Source: a virus. Taken from it: a stretch of DNA of 64,000 nucleotides. The notes beneath the pieces were generated by a model. The model made no database searches. It saw only the letters and a program-made list of their open reading frames with translations, and had not been told where the DNA came from. Where the stretch lies: positions 1 through 64,000 of the IMG/VR virus record IMGVR_UViG_3300046832_001910. One strand, written 5' to 3'. Below, piece after piece: positions 1-10,751 of this stretch; positions within the stretch are counted from its first letter, which is position 1; the number at the start of each line of letters is the position of its first letter. The translations under genes and the position numbers were made by a program.

Positions 1-5
1 AAGAT

Positions 6-635
6 ATGTTTATGGTTAATGGTAAAGTAACTGAACATTTTAGACCATACGAATTTGTATTAGAGAAAGAAGGGCTAACCCATGCTGAATTTGCAAAGAA
101 ATTTAATAAAGGTACTATTGCTCAATACCTAGATGAACATAAATTAATTGATGAATGTATTCAATGGCTTGATAAAAAATATCCTAATGAAGGATTCTCA
201 AATAAAAAGAGTACAAAAACATTCATTGATATGTTAGAACACCAAAAGGCAAAAGTAGAAGACGGTAAAGGTTATTGGGATGCATCACCTCACTTCTTTC
301 ATGATTCTTTTTCTGCTCTAATTGGTCGTAATATGTTCAACGGTGTACACCCGGTTGAAAATCGTTACTTAAATGTTCGTGAAATGTTACACCTTATGGG
401 TATGCCACATGATTTTGAAATTGAATCATCTCGTCATATTAATCATATTGCTCAAAATGTACCGGTTAGAACTGCACAGGATATGGCCGATGAAGTTCGT
501 AAGTTTTGTGAAGGTGAACTAAAAATGACCCAGTATAAATATATGAAGCAAGATAACACTATCCAAAAAGTTATTGAAGCTGAAGAGTTAAGTAAAGAAC
601 CTAAAAAGAAATACAAAGTAAACAGTGTAATATGA
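6..635 (+). CDS. C-terminal part of a C5-cytosine DNA methyltransferase-like protein (probably truncated by the window edge)
   Basis: HPVENRYLNVREMLHLMGMPHDF and IAQNVPV resemble Dcm motifs IX and X. Confidence 0.7.
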   Translation: MFMVNGKVTEHFRPYEFVLEKEGLTHAEFAKKFNKGTIAQYLDEHKLIDECIQWLDKKYPNEGFSNKKSTKTFIDMLEHQKAKVEDGKGYWDASPHFFHDSFSALIGRNMFNGVHPVENRYLNVREMLHLMGMPHDFEIESSRHINHIAQNVPVRTAQDMADEVRKFCEGELKMTQYKYMKQDNTIQKVIEAEELSKEPKKKYKVNSVI

Positions 636-1639
636 AAGAAAATGCGTTAGCGATTGGCGTTTCTAGCCATGAGTTTATGAACATTCTTTTAACCTATTAT
701 CCTAAGAATGTTAATGAAACTTTTGATATCTATCTTTTCTTAGATGATAGTAAAGTAACCGAGGACAGTGTAAAAGCTGTTATCAGGAAACATAACATTC
801 CGTCATTCTTAAATGCAACATACATTAGCATAAAAGGAGTATATGATTATTATGTAGAGAAACATGGTTATGAAGGTAAGGCTAAAGAGTTCTTATATAA
901 TCATGGTTGTCTGTTTAAGGCTCTAATGCCAATGTACATATTAGATAAGTACGGCGTCAAAAGAACATATGTTTCTGATGATGATGTATTTATCTTTAAT
1001 GATCTTAGTTATATGTTCACTGAATACCAAGAATTTGGTTATAAGAAGGAGAATCTATTTAATCTAAGAAATGCTGATAAGTATGAAGTACTTGCCGCAT
1101 TTAATGAAATCTTTGAGAGTAATTTTACTTTAGAAGAAATGAATGCTTTATCAATAAATGCAGGTAATGTTATCTATGGTCATGATCCTAAAATGGAGTA
1201 TTACTTTAAAAGGTTTATGAATCATAAGATGGTACATCATTTATTCTTTAACTTCCAAGGATACACAAGTTGGACTGTTGAGCAGAGATTCCACCACTTT
1301 AATTTTCATAGACTTATTAAAGAAGGAAGAACTGTTGACTTATTAAAGAGTAAGGACCTTCGTCTTATGCAAAATATAGACAAAGAAGCTTTAGCAAATA
1401 ATATACAACCTCTCTATCTAAAGCAGGTTACTCCTTCACTTTTACATTATCCTATTGGTACAAAGAAGCCAATATTTCTTCGTCAATTTTTAAGAGGTAT
1501 TGAATGGAAGTTTGGATTTGAATATCAACCTAAGTATGAACTTAAGGATATTCTATACGATGAAACATGGCAACCTCCTGCATTTAAAGAAGTTCAGAGT
1601 AAGATGAAAAAATCTTTAAAAGTTTCTTCTGTCTTTTAA
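632..1639 (+). CDS. GT-A fold glycosyltransferase (GT8-like)
   Basis: YVSDDDVFIFNDL (DxD), INAGNV and VEQ motifs; overlaps the methyltransferase stop (ATGA). Confidence 0.55.
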   Translation: MKENALAIGVSSHEFMNILLTYYPKNVNETFDIYLFLDDSKVTEDSVKAVIRKHNIPSFLNATYISIKGVYDYYVEKHGYEGKAKEFLYNHGCLFKALMPMYILDKYGVKRTYVSDDDVFIFNDLSYMFTEYQEFGYKKENLFNLRNADKYEVLAAFNEIFESNFTLEEMNALSINAGNVIYGHDPKMEYYFKRFMNHKMVHHLFFNFQGYTSWTVEQRFHHFNFHRLIKEGRTVDLLKSKDLRLMQNIDKEALANNIQPLYLKQVTPSLLHYPIGTKKPIFLRQFLRGIEWKFGFEYQPKYELKDILYDETWQPPAFKEVQSKMKKSLKVSSVF

Positions 1640-1678
1640 ACCAAGTAATAAACAATCAATATAATAAAAAAACAAATA

Positions 1679-2431
1679 ATGGAAACTACAATCAAAAAAA
1701 TCGATGCATACGAACTTAGTTCGTTTGTTAAGAAACTTCTTCCGATTGATAAATTCATCTTTATGAAAATCGGTAAGGAAGGAACCGTTTCATCCGTTTA
1801 TTTCCCTGAACGCGATGCGGTTAAATTAGTTAACACTCCAACTAAAGATATCTTTGATGCGGAGATTACTTCACCACTTAAAGTAAGTTTTTATAACGGG
1901 AGTAAAGTAATTGATGCCCTATCTCATTTTAGTGGCGGCGAAGTAAAAGGTCGTATTCGTTATACTGAGTATGATGGAGAATTAATGGCCAGTGATTTTA
2001 TCCTAGAGAATAATGATCTTAAGATTAGTCTTGCTTGTACCGATCCTTCATTATCATTTATGGAAATGAGTAAGGAAGAAACTGATCGTGCATTTGGTAC
2101 TGATAACAAAATGTTTGAATTTGATCTTTTAACCACTCATGTGGATAAAATGAAATCTTTATTCAACCTTGATAAGGATGAAGATACTTTTACCGTATAT
2201 CTTAAGACTGATGGTGTAGGTATTAAAGGAACTTCATACGATGCTACACTGTGTCATACTTACGAATCAAATGTAGATGCAGGCGCAAAAGTTGTTATCT
2301 ATAAAAAGTATCTTAACCTATTAGATAAAGAAAATTATAAGGTTATGGTTTGTGAAAATAAAGTAGTATTTCGTTCATTAGATACCAACACTCATCTCAC
2401 TGTGGCTGTTGCAATAACTGATGAAGAATAA
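1679..2431 (+). CDS. Sliding clamp (gp45-like)
   Basis: 250 aa, acidic, beta-rich pattern; next to the polymerase; clamp loader present elsewhere in window. Confidence 0.55.
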   Translation: METTIKKIDAYELSSFVKKLLPIDKFIFMKIGKEGTVSSVYFPERDAVKLVNTPTKDIFDAEITSPLKVSFYNGSKVIDALSHFSGGEVKGRIRYTEYDGELMASDFILENNDLKISLACTDPSLSFMEMSKEETDRAFGTDNKMFEFDLLTTHVDKMKSLFNLDKDEDTFTVYLKTDGVGIKGTSYDATLCHTYESNVDAGAKVVIYKKYLNLLDKENYKVMVCENKVVFRSLDTNTHLTVAVAITDEE

Positions 2432-2434
2432 TCT

Positions 2435-3133
2435 ATGGTATTTGACATACTAAATACTGATATCTATTATATCAATCTAGATTCTCAAACGGAAAGGAAT
2501 GAAGAGTTCCTTTCCGTTATGAGATCTTCTGGCTTCTCCAATGAAAAGTTACATCGTGTAAGTGGAGTTATCAACGAATATAAAGACGGTTTTGATTCTC
2601 ATATTAAAGCTCTAAAAATTGGATTAGCCGAAGGAAAGCCTTTTATCATTATTGAAGATGATATGTTGGTTAATGAATTGCCACCTAAGATTGAACTTTT
2701 TGCACCAGGTACTCCTATAGTAAGTGCATTAAGTTTAGCATTAAGTAAATATGGTGTTTATGATGAGCCTAATTACAGAGGCCCATTCTTCACGTCTGGT
2801 GATTATGTTAATAAGGCTGGTATTAAGCACCCATATTTCGTAAGGATTTTTAATATGATAGTAGGTAATGCTGTATACTATCATGATATGAAATATGTAG
2901 AATCTTTAATTAATGAATTGGAATTCTTTTATAGATCAAGAATTTATACTTCACCCGTAACTGGTAGTACTTATAAGGGATCCTACAATCCTGATTATGA
3001 TTCATATATTCCATTTGATGCTATAATGGCTTTTATGCAGCCTACTACGTTTTTTGTAGCATTAAAAACACCTGCATTTTATCATCCAGGTGATCTTGAA
3101 CATGTTACAAGATTTACATTATCTGACTTTTAA
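2435..3133 (+). CDS. Glycosyltransferase family 25-like
   Basis: YYINLD..ER N-terminus, SH..AL and IIEDD motifs. Confidence 0.7.
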   Translation: MVFDILNTDIYYINLDSQTERNEEFLSVMRSSGFSNEKLHRVSGVINEYKDGFDSHIKALKIGLAEGKPFIIIEDDMLVNELPPKIELFAPGTPIVSALSLALSKYGVYDEPNYRGPFFTSGDYVNKAGIKHPYFVRIFNMIVGNAVYYHDMKYVESLINELEFFYRSRIYTSPVTGSTYKGSYNPDYDSYIPFDAIMAFMQPTTFFVALKTPAFYHPGDLEHVTRFTLSDF

Positions 3134-3173
3134 TACTTAAACCTTTTAAGAAGGTTTCATATAAAAATAAAAT

Positions 3174-4292
3174 ATGACTGAAGAACTAATTAAGATTAAG
3201 GAGGAGGCATCCAAGTATTATAATTATGAACAGGCTGTTAAGTTAATGCTTAACTCAATTTATGGCGCATTCGGTAATCCTTATTTTTATTTCTTCAATG
3301 TTGATATTGCAGAAACTATTACTCTTCAGGGTAAGGATGCTATTCTTTATACTGAAAAGCTAATCAATAAGTACTTTAAGGAATTTTGGCATAAAGACCT
3401 AGAAACCCATAAGGAGATGGGAATCACTGTTACTGGTAAAATTGAAAACCCGGTAGGTATCTATATTGATACTGACTCTATTTATGTTAAGTTTGATGAG
3501 GTAATTAAAAAGTCAGATTGGACTGGTAATGAAAAGGAGTTTATACTTAAACTCTATAACACTAGATTGGCTGACTATATTGAAAAGATTCTTCAAAAAT
3601 ATGCTGATGATAACAATGCAGAAAACTTTTTAAGTTTTGAATTGGAGAGTATTGCTAAAAATGCAATATGGCTTGCCAAGAAAAAGTATATGCAAAATAT
3701 TGTTTGGAAAGATCCTGATATTCACTATGATGAATTAAGTAAGATTAGTGCAAAAGGATTTGAAATTATCCAATCATCAACACCTCAATTTGCTAGAGAA
3801 AAACTAAAAGAACTCTTAACTTACATATTCTCTAATAATCAATTGAATATGAAAGAATTTGCAAGTTTACTTAAAGATATAAAGAGACAGTTTAAACTTG
3901 CAAACATTGATCAAATCAGTTTTTCTAAGAAGGTAAATAATTACCAAAACTATATCATAAATGATTATGAACAATTTGAAATTGGTCCTAAATGCCCAAT
4001 CGGTGTAAGGGCCGCTGGGTATCATAATTATCTTCTTAATAATAACATAAAACTTAAAGGTAAATATAAACCTTTAGGTAACGGCGAAAAATTAAAAATG
4101 TACTTTTCAACTGATAAATCATGTGAGGTATTTGCATATGCTCCTGGTGAATATCCTTATGAATTTGCGCCTCAAGTTGATTATGATGTACAATTTGAAA
4201 AAACGATACTTGATCCAATTAACCGTGTGGTAACTGCAATGGGATTTAAAGCATTTAACCGAAATCTTATTTATACTACATCGTTATTTTAG
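3174..4292 (+). CDS. Family B DNA polymerase, C-terminal subunit of a split gp43
   Basis: KLMLNSIYG (motif B), YIDTDS (motif C) and KKKY; no exonuclease domain or motif A. Confidence 0.92.
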   Translation: MTEELIKIKEEASKYYNYEQAVKLMLNSIYGAFGNPYFYFFNVDIAETITLQGKDAILYTEKLINKYFKEFWHKDLETHKEMGITVTGKIENPVGIYIDTDSIYVKFDEVIKKSDWTGNEKEFILKLYNTRLADYIEKILQKYADDNNAENFLSFELESIAKNAIWLAKKKYMQNIVWKDPDIHYDELSKISAKGFEIIQSSTPQFAREKLKELLTYIFSNNQLNMKEFASLLKDIKRQFKLANIDQISFSKKVNNYQNYIINDYEQFEIGPKCPIGVRAAGYHNYLLNNNIKLKGKYKPLGNGEKLKMYFSTDKSCEVFAYAPGEYPYEFAPQVDYDVQFEKTILDPINRVVTAMGFKAFNRNLIYTTSLF

Positions 4293-4319
4293 ACAAATAT
4301 ATAAAAAAATCTATAAAAT

Positions 4320-5510
4320 ATGAAGGACAAAAAATTTAGAATACACGTTTTAGGCCTACCTCATACTAAAACTACTAAAGATTTTACTGCTTGTGCTTAT
4401 ACTCAAAAAGCATGGAAGTTTTGTAAAATGATGAAAAGCAGAGGCCATTACATTATGCACTATGGTCATAAAGATTCTAATCCTGATGCAAATGAAAATG
4501 TTACAGTAATCACAAATGAAGTTTGGGATAAGGTTTATGGAAGCCATGATTATAAGAGTAAGTTATTTACATATAATACTCAAGATGAGGCATACCAAAC
4601 ATTCTATAAAAATGCTATTGAAGAAATAGGAAAACGTAAACAACCTGGAGATATCATTCTTCCATTTTGGGGATCAGGCGTTCGTCCTATTTGTGATGCT
4701 CATAATGACTTATGTATTATTGAACCTGGAATTGGTTATGCAGGTGGTATGTGGTCGGTATTCAAAATATTTGAATCATATGCCATCTATCATGCTTATT
4801 GCGGTTTAGGTAATGTTAGTATGTGTAGACAAAGTTGGTATGATCAGGTTATTCCTAACTACTTTGATCTTGATGAATTTGAATATTCTACTAAGAAGGA
4901 AGACTATTTCCTTTATGTAGGTCGTGTTTATGACGGTAAAGGAGTTAATATTGCAATTCAAGCAACCGAAGCAATTGGAGCTAAACTTAAAGTTGCTGGG
5001 CAAATTGGTGATGAATTCTATGAAAAGAATCCTTGGCCAAAGCATGTTGAATTTATTGGTTATGTAGATGCAGAGCAGAGAAAGAATTTAATGAAAGGCG
5101 CTATTGCATCATTCTTACCTTCTATGTATGTAGAACCATTTGGTGGAGTTCAAATTGAAAACCTTTTATGTGGTACACCAACTATTACAACCGATTGGGG
5201 CGCCTTTGCTGAAAATAATATACATGGTGTAACTGGATATCGCTGTCGTTCATTTGAAGATTTTGTTAAAGCTGCACGAGATTGCCAAGCTGGAAAAATT
5301 AAACCAATTGATTGTAGAAAGCATGGAGAAAACTTCTCACTTGAAGCTATCGCTCCTAAATATGAAAAGTATTTTAGAGAAGCCTTACATGTAACTCAAA
5401 ATAAAGGTTGGTACACAATTGAAGATCCAGAATTATATACTAAAGAATGGTTTGAAAAAATGTATCCTACTACTGATTCTAAAGTAGAAGAGAAAAAAAA
5501 ACCAGAATAG
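4320..5510 (+). CDS. GT-B glycosyltransferase (GT4 family)
   Basis: YVGR...KG and EPFGGVQIENLLCGTPTITTD motifs. Confidence 0.88.
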   Translation: MKDKKFRIHVLGLPHTKTTKDFTACAYTQKAWKFCKMMKSRGHYIMHYGHKDSNPDANENVTVITNEVWDKVYGSHDYKSKLFTYNTQDEAYQTFYKNAIEEIGKRKQPGDIILPFWGSGVRPICDAHNDLCIIEPGIGYAGGMWSVFKIFESYAIYHAYCGLGNVSMCRQSWYDQVIPNYFDLDEFEYSTKKEDYFLYVGRVYDGKGVNIAIQATEAIGAKLKVAGQIGDEFYEKNPWPKHVEFIGYVDAEQRKNLMKGAIASFLPSMYVEPFGGVQIENLLCGTPTITTDWGAFAENNIHGVTGYRCRSFEDFVKAARDCQAGKIKPIDCRKHGENFSLEAIAPKYEKYFREALHVTQNKGWYTIEDPELYTKEWFEKMYPTTDSKVEEKKKPE

Positions 5511-6394
5511 CAACTTATAATGAGCCCGGCTGGGCTATAGGACGAATTCATACTGGTCTAGGTAATTCTTTATCTGACGAGTATGAATTTGTTCATTTTA
5601 ATTGGTATAATCCAAACGATGTTAAGGCCTTATGGCAAGATGAAGGCTGGCGTGAATTTGATATCATATTAGGTAATGGTACATTATCCACTATAGAAGG
5701 CTTACCGCCAGAAGCATATCAAAAAATGATATGTGCAATTTGGTCATTACCAAATCTTAGTTCTCACTTTAGAGAAAATATCATTAAAAGAGAAGGAATT
5801 ACTTGGTGTTCTGCCGGTAAAGATTTACAAGATAAGCTTAAAGAAGAATATGAAATAGATTCTTCATTAGTAATTGCAGGCGTTGATCCTAATGAATTTA
5901 GTCCTAACCGAGATATTACTAAAATACAAAGAGTAGGATTAAATGGCTTACCTTTTATTAACCCAGGATGGGATGAAATAAAAAGACCTAATTGGTTAAA
6001 TCAGATAGCTAGAGGAATAGGTGGTGAGTCCATATTTATACATGGAAAGTCATTAAGCGAATCTCATACTATGTATGATGATATTGATATGTACATATGT
6101 ACAAGTCTAAATGATAGAGGTCCCTATGGCATAGCCGAAGCTGCATTTAGTAAAATCCCAGTTTTATCAACAAAAACTGGTTTTGCTAATATCTTTAAGA
6201 GTATAAGAACCTTTAATACAACCGAAGAAGCAATTCAAATCATTAAGACACTTAATGAAAATCCTAAGATGCTCAATAACTATATAGAGGAAGTATACCG
6301 TGAACTTACCAAAGAATTATCATGGTCTAATGTGGTTTCAAAATACTGGAAGCCTATATTTGAAAATAAGATAACCTTAAACAATAGTAAATAG
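5477..6394 (+). CDS. Second GT-B glycosyltransferase domain; frame open from 5477 with no ATG until 5726, possibly joined to the upstream gene by a -1 frameshift
   Basis: Upstream in-frame sequence RIATYNEPGWAIGRIH...; DRGPYGIAEAAFSKIPVLST motif. Confidence 0.65.
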
Positions 6395-6417
6395 TTTGCA
6401 TATAAAAATAAAAGAAT

Positions 6418-7617
6418 ATGAGTAAAGAATTTTCATTTGACGATTTAAACAAGGAAATGTCAAAACACTCCCAATACGGAGATACCTTGGACAAATCAAC
6501 CGTATCAGAGATTGATCACTTTATCCCTACTGGCAATTTTAATCTAAATGCATGTTTAACTGGCTCGTTTATTGGCGGATATCCAAATAACAGAGCAGTT
6601 GCATTGGCAGGCCCTTCAGGAACAGGTAAAACATTCCTTCTTCTTAATGCAATTAAACAGGCTCAACTTATGGGTTACAGTATCGTATTTTATGATTCTG
6701 AAAATGCCGTAGATCGTGACCTAGTTGAAAAGTTTGGAATTGATCCTAAAAAATTCCGTTATGAACCATGTAATACTGTTCAAGAGTTTAGAAGTTCTGT
6801 AACTGCTTTAACTGACTTATTAATTGAACAAAAGAATAAGGGAGCAGAATTACCTAAGATCTTAATTGCATTAGATTCTGCTGGTAACCTTGCTACACAA
6901 AAAGAAATTGATGATGCGAAAAGTGGATCTGACAAAGCAGATATGACTCGTGCTAAACTATTGAAATCTGCATTCCGTATTCTTATGACTAAATTAGGTA
7001 TCTGTAAGATTCCTTTTATCTTTACCAACCACACATACCAAACACAAGACTTATTTTCACAAACGGTTTCAGGTGGTGGAACTGGTCCTGAGTATGCAGC
7101 CTCAATTATTTTATTCTTAAGTAAAGCTAAATTAAAAGAAGGAACAGAACAAACTGGTATCGTAGTAACTGCAAAACCTAATAAGAATCGTTTTGCAAAA
7201 CCATCTCCAATTAAATTCCACATTTCATTTAATAAAGGTATGAATCCTTATATTGGATTAGAAGAATATATTAGCTGGGATAACTGCGGAATTGAAAAGG
7301 GAAGATTTATTACTGAAGGTCAATATGAAAAACTAAATGATGCAGGTAAAGCTGAATGTCGTCAACATGTTTATCATAAAGAAGGTAAAGAAATTACTGT
7401 TTACTTCCAACCTGCTGCAACTGCTCGTAAATTGGCAGTCGCTCACCTAAATGATTTGGTTGATCTTAATGAATTATTTACACCTCGAGTAATTACTCAA
7501 GAAGTACTTGATCGTTTAGAACCTATTGTTAATGCTAAGTTCTGTTATGGAACTGACGATGTAGATCTTGGAAACTTAACCGAAATACTTTCTGATAATG
7601 TTGAAGAAGTCGCTTAA
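6418..7617 (+). CDS. uvsX: RecA-like recombinase UvsX
   Basis: Walker A GPSGTGKT, FYDSE, LDSAGNL and FTNHTY motifs. Confidence 0.92.
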   Translation: MSKEFSFDDLNKEMSKHSQYGDTLDKSTVSEIDHFIPTGNFNLNACLTGSFIGGYPNNRAVALAGPSGTGKTFLLLNAIKQAQLMGYSIVFYDSENAVDRDLVEKFGIDPKKFRYEPCNTVQEFRSSVTALTDLLIEQKNKGAELPKILIALDSAGNLATQKEIDDAKSGSDKADMTRAKLLKSAFRILMTKLGICKIPFIFTNHTYQTQDLFSQTVSGGGTGPEYAASIILFLSKAKLKEGTEQTGIVVTAKPNKNRFAKPSPIKFHISFNKGMNPYIGLEEYISWDNCGIEKGRFITEGQYEKLNDAGKAECRQHVYHKEGKEITVYFQPAATARKLAVAHLNDLVDLNELFTPRVITQEVLDRLEPIVNAKFCYGTDDVDLGNLTEILSDNVEEVA

Positions 7618-7897
7618 TACTGCTAAACTTAAGGTTAAGTATGTATTAGGCAACCACACAACTTTACCAGGTTATCCTGATGCTGAGGATGTAATCTTTG
7701 AATTAATAAGAGATTATTGTGGTAAAGTTGCAAAAGAGATTAAGTTTACTAATGTTTCTTTACAAAAGAAATATAACTTAACAGAAGAACATACTGCTAA
7801 AGTACTTAACCGATTAGTTGCTGATAAAATCATAGGAGAAGTTAATTCTACCTCTGCTTATACCACATACGAGGTATTGATAAATCCGTATGAATAA
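7598..7897 (+). CDS. Hypothetical protein, possible winged helix
   Basis: ORF overlapping the uvsX end; helix-turn-helix plus wing-like pattern. Confidence 0.5.
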   Translation: MLKKSLNTAKLKVKYVLGNHTTLPGYPDAEDVIFELIRDYCGKVAKEIKFTNVSLQKKYNLTEEHTAKVLNRLVADKIIGEVNSTSAYTTYEVLINPYE

Positions 7898-7929
7898 ACT
7901 AAATCAACATTCTTCATAAAAAAATAAAC

Positions 7930-9216
7930 ATGTATTCAGGAGTAGATCACGAAAAAATATTCTTTAACTATTTTATAAAGAAACCTCATTACCTTAAATC
8001 GGTAAGACCAGGTTTCTTTTCTAATAGTGATGTAGATCATATTGCAAAATTAGCAAAAGACTTTCATACTAAATTTGGTGAAGTACCTTCAAAGGATCAA
8101 ATGAAGGCATTGGTTAAAGATGATCCTAATGAAATCTCTGATGATATTGTTTCTGCTGTTTATTCAATAAACATTAATGAATATGATCAAGATTGGTTAA
8201 AAAGAACCAGCGAATCTTGGATTAAGTGGAAACATTTTGATAAGCAATTGGTTAAAACAATTGAGTATGTAAAAACACAAGATGTATCACCTGATAATGT
8301 TGAAGATATTGTAACCAGAGCAATCGGTATGATATCTTCTGAAGGATCTCTTAACTTTGATTCTGATGTAGGATTAGACTTCTTTAATCCTGAACACCAC
8401 ATACAGAGAAAGAATAAAAAACTTGAAACTGGATGGACATTTATTGATAATGTATCAGGCGGTGGATATGATCCTAAATCATTGGTAATATATGCAGGTG
8501 AACAAAACGTAGGTAAATCAATTTGGTTATCAAATGATGCTGCCAATTTTGTAAGAATGGGCCATAATGTGGTATTCATTACTGCTGAGATGTCTGCACA
8601 AAAGGTTCTTAAAAGAATTGGTTCTAACCTATTAGATATTCCAATGATGGAGTATGATCAAAAATCTGTTAACCGTGACTTTATGAAACGCAGATTAGAA
8701 AAGATATCAAGAGGCTTATTACCGCCGGGTAAACTTTTCATTAAGGAATTTCCAACATCACAAGGTTCAGTTCTTGATATTGAAGCATATCTTAAAGAAT
8801 TAGAAGAATCACAAGATCATAAAGTTAATGTACTCGTAGTGGATTATATTAACATCTTATCAAATTATCGTAATCCTAATACCGAAAATACCTATATGAA
8901 GATTAAGCAAATTGCTGAAGATCTTAGAGCATTGGCGGTAAAGAAAGATATGTTAGTAATATCTGCTACACAGCTTAACCGTGGTGCCTGGGATTCTACT
9001 GAAATCAAAATGGAAAACATTGCTGAATCCGCAGGTCTTGCTCATACTGCCGATGTAATGTATGCATTGATCCAAGACAGTTTAATGCATGCAAATCGTG
9101 AGTATTGGTTAAAGGTTCTTAAGATTAGAGATGGCCAAGGAAAAGGCAGTCGCTGTAGATTTAATATAAACTATGATAATATGAGACTTACTGAAACTGA
9201 TGACATAACACATTAA
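7930..9216 (+). CDS. Replicative DnaB-like helicase (gp41)
   Basis: GEQNVGKS, ITAEMS, VVDYIN, SATQLNR and AESAGL motifs. Confidence 0.93.
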   Translation: MYSGVDHEKIFFNYFIKKPHYLKSVRPGFFSNSDVDHIAKLAKDFHTKFGEVPSKDQMKALVKDDPNEISDDIVSAVYSININEYDQDWLKRTSESWIKWKHFDKQLVKTIEYVKTQDVSPDNVEDIVTRAIGMISSEGSLNFDSDVGLDFFNPEHHIQRKNKKLETGWTFIDNVSGGGYDPKSLVIYAGEQNVGKSIWLSNDAANFVRMGHNVVFITAEMSAQKVLKRIGSNLLDIPMMEYDQKSVNRDFMKRRLEKISRGLLPPGKLFIKEFPTSQGSVLDIEAYLKELEESQDHKVNVLVVDYINILSNYRNPNTENTYMKIKQIAEDLRALAVKKDMLVISATQLNRGAWDSTEIKMENIAESAGLAHTADVMYALIQDSLMHANREYWLKVLKIRDGQGKGSRCRFNINYDNMRLTETDDITH

Positions 9217-9223
9217 AATAATT

Positions 9224-9658
9224 ATGCAACACGATAAAATCTTCAACAATTCATACGGCGAACAAGATCCGTCTGAAAACCGAATATCGTTTAATGTTTC
9301 CAATACATACGGCGATGATATGGATCATGATGATAAGATGCACTATAAGATGCTCTTTACAAAAATTGATTCTCTTATTCGTGGAAGCGAATTTGAACAT
9401 CTTAATATGGTCACAAAAGATGGCGTGATTAAGAAATTAAATAAAGTTCAAATTAATAAGATATACTTTTATGTTATTGAACATTTAGGATCTGCCTATA
9501 CAAGGATTGATCTATTCAGTGTCATATCAGATTATTTTGATGTTTTTCCTAATAAGTTTTATAACTCATTATCAAATAAATTTAAGGATGAGCTAATTAA
9601 AGAACTAGACGATAAGTACAATATTTTAGAAAAACGAAAGATAAGAAAACTTTTTTAA
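9224..9658 (+). CDS. Hypothetical protein
   Basis: 144 aa ORF tightly packed in the operon. Confidence 0.6.
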   Translation: MQHDKIFNNSYGEQDPSENRISFNVSNTYGDDMDHDDKMHYKMLFTKIDSLIRGSEFEHLNMVTKDGVIKKLNKVQINKIYFYVIEHLGSAYTRIDLFSVISDYFDVFPNKFYNSLSNKFKDELIKELDDKYNILEKRKIRKLF

Positions 9659-9659
9659 T

Positions 9660-10751
9660 ATGAGTAGAATTTGGATGATTAGTGATACCCACCTTGGATG
9701 TAGATCAAATTCTGTTCTTTGGCTTAGTATCATTGAAGATTACTTTTTTAACTTTTTCATACCTCTTGTTAAAAAGGAGTATAAGAAAGGAGATGTACTA
9801 TTTCATTTAGGCGATGTTTTTGATAACCGCCAAAGTTTAAATCTTGCTGCACAGGATTTAGGCATACGAGTTTTTGAAGAACTATCAAAGATATTTCCAG
9901 AGGTTCATATCATTGTAGGTAACCATGATATTATGAGAAAGAACTCAAATGATATTGCATCGGTTGACTGCCTTAAATATATTCCAAATGTTACTGTTCA
10001 CAAAGAACCTAAGATACTTGAATATGATGGAGTTTCATGTTTACTTATGCCTTGGAGAAGAAATGCAGAACATGAAAAGGAAACCTTAGCATCTATAAAG
10101 AAAAAGGTTGACTATATGTTTTGCCATACTGAAACACAAGGAGTACAAACCAGTCCTAGTACTAAACATCTCCATGAAGGCGGAAATGATTTAAGTACAT
10201 TTAAAAGATTTAAGAGAGTTTATTCTGGTCATATTCATTACAGACAAGAAAAGGAAAACTTTATTCTTGTTGGTAATCCATATCAAATGACAAGATCTGA
10301 CCGTGGAAATACCAAAGGAATTTATCTGCTAGATCTTAAGACTGGTAATCATGAATTTATCCAGAATGAGAGATCACCTATCTTTATTCGGTATTATATA
10401 AATGATATTCTAGAGAGGCGTATGGAGGATATACTTAATGAAATTAAAGATAATTTTGTTGATATTAATATTCCATCTAACGTTTTAGGAAAGTATAACA
10501 TTAATAAGTTTATGGATTTTCTTGATGGATATGCCAAGAAACTTGAACCTAAAATATATGACGAAGAAAACCCAATTGAATTAGATGACGATGTACAGTC
10601 TTCTGATTTTACTGGTGAATTTAATTTAATGACAATTGCTGCTGATTTTATAAATGGTCTTAATTATGACGATGACTTAAAAGAAAGACTTATTAAATCA
10701 GTATCTGACTTATATAAACAAACACTAACACCTTCTTATGAGGATTCTTAA
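9660..10751 (+). CDS. Recombination nuclease subunit (gp47/Mre11/SbcD-like)
   Basis: SDTHLG, GDVFD, GNHD and SGHIH metallophosphoesterase motifs. Confidence 0.92.
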   Translation: MSRIWMISDTHLGCRSNSVLWLSIIEDYFFNFFIPLVKKEYKKGDVLFHLGDVFDNRQSLNLAAQDLGIRVFEELSKIFPEVHIIVGNHDIMRKNSNDIASVDCLKYIPNVTVHKEPKILEYDGVSCLLMPWRRNAEHEKETLASIKKKVDYMFCHTETQGVQTSPSTKHLHEGGNDLSTFKRFKRVYSGHIHYRQEKENFILVGNPYQMTRSDRGNTKGIYLLDLKTGNHEFIQNERSPIFIRYYINDILERRMEDILNEIKDNFVDINIPSNVLGKYNINKFMDFLDGYAKKLEPKIYDEENPIELDDDVQSSDFTGEFNLMTIAADFINGLNYDDDLKERLIKSVSDLYKQTLTPSYEDS

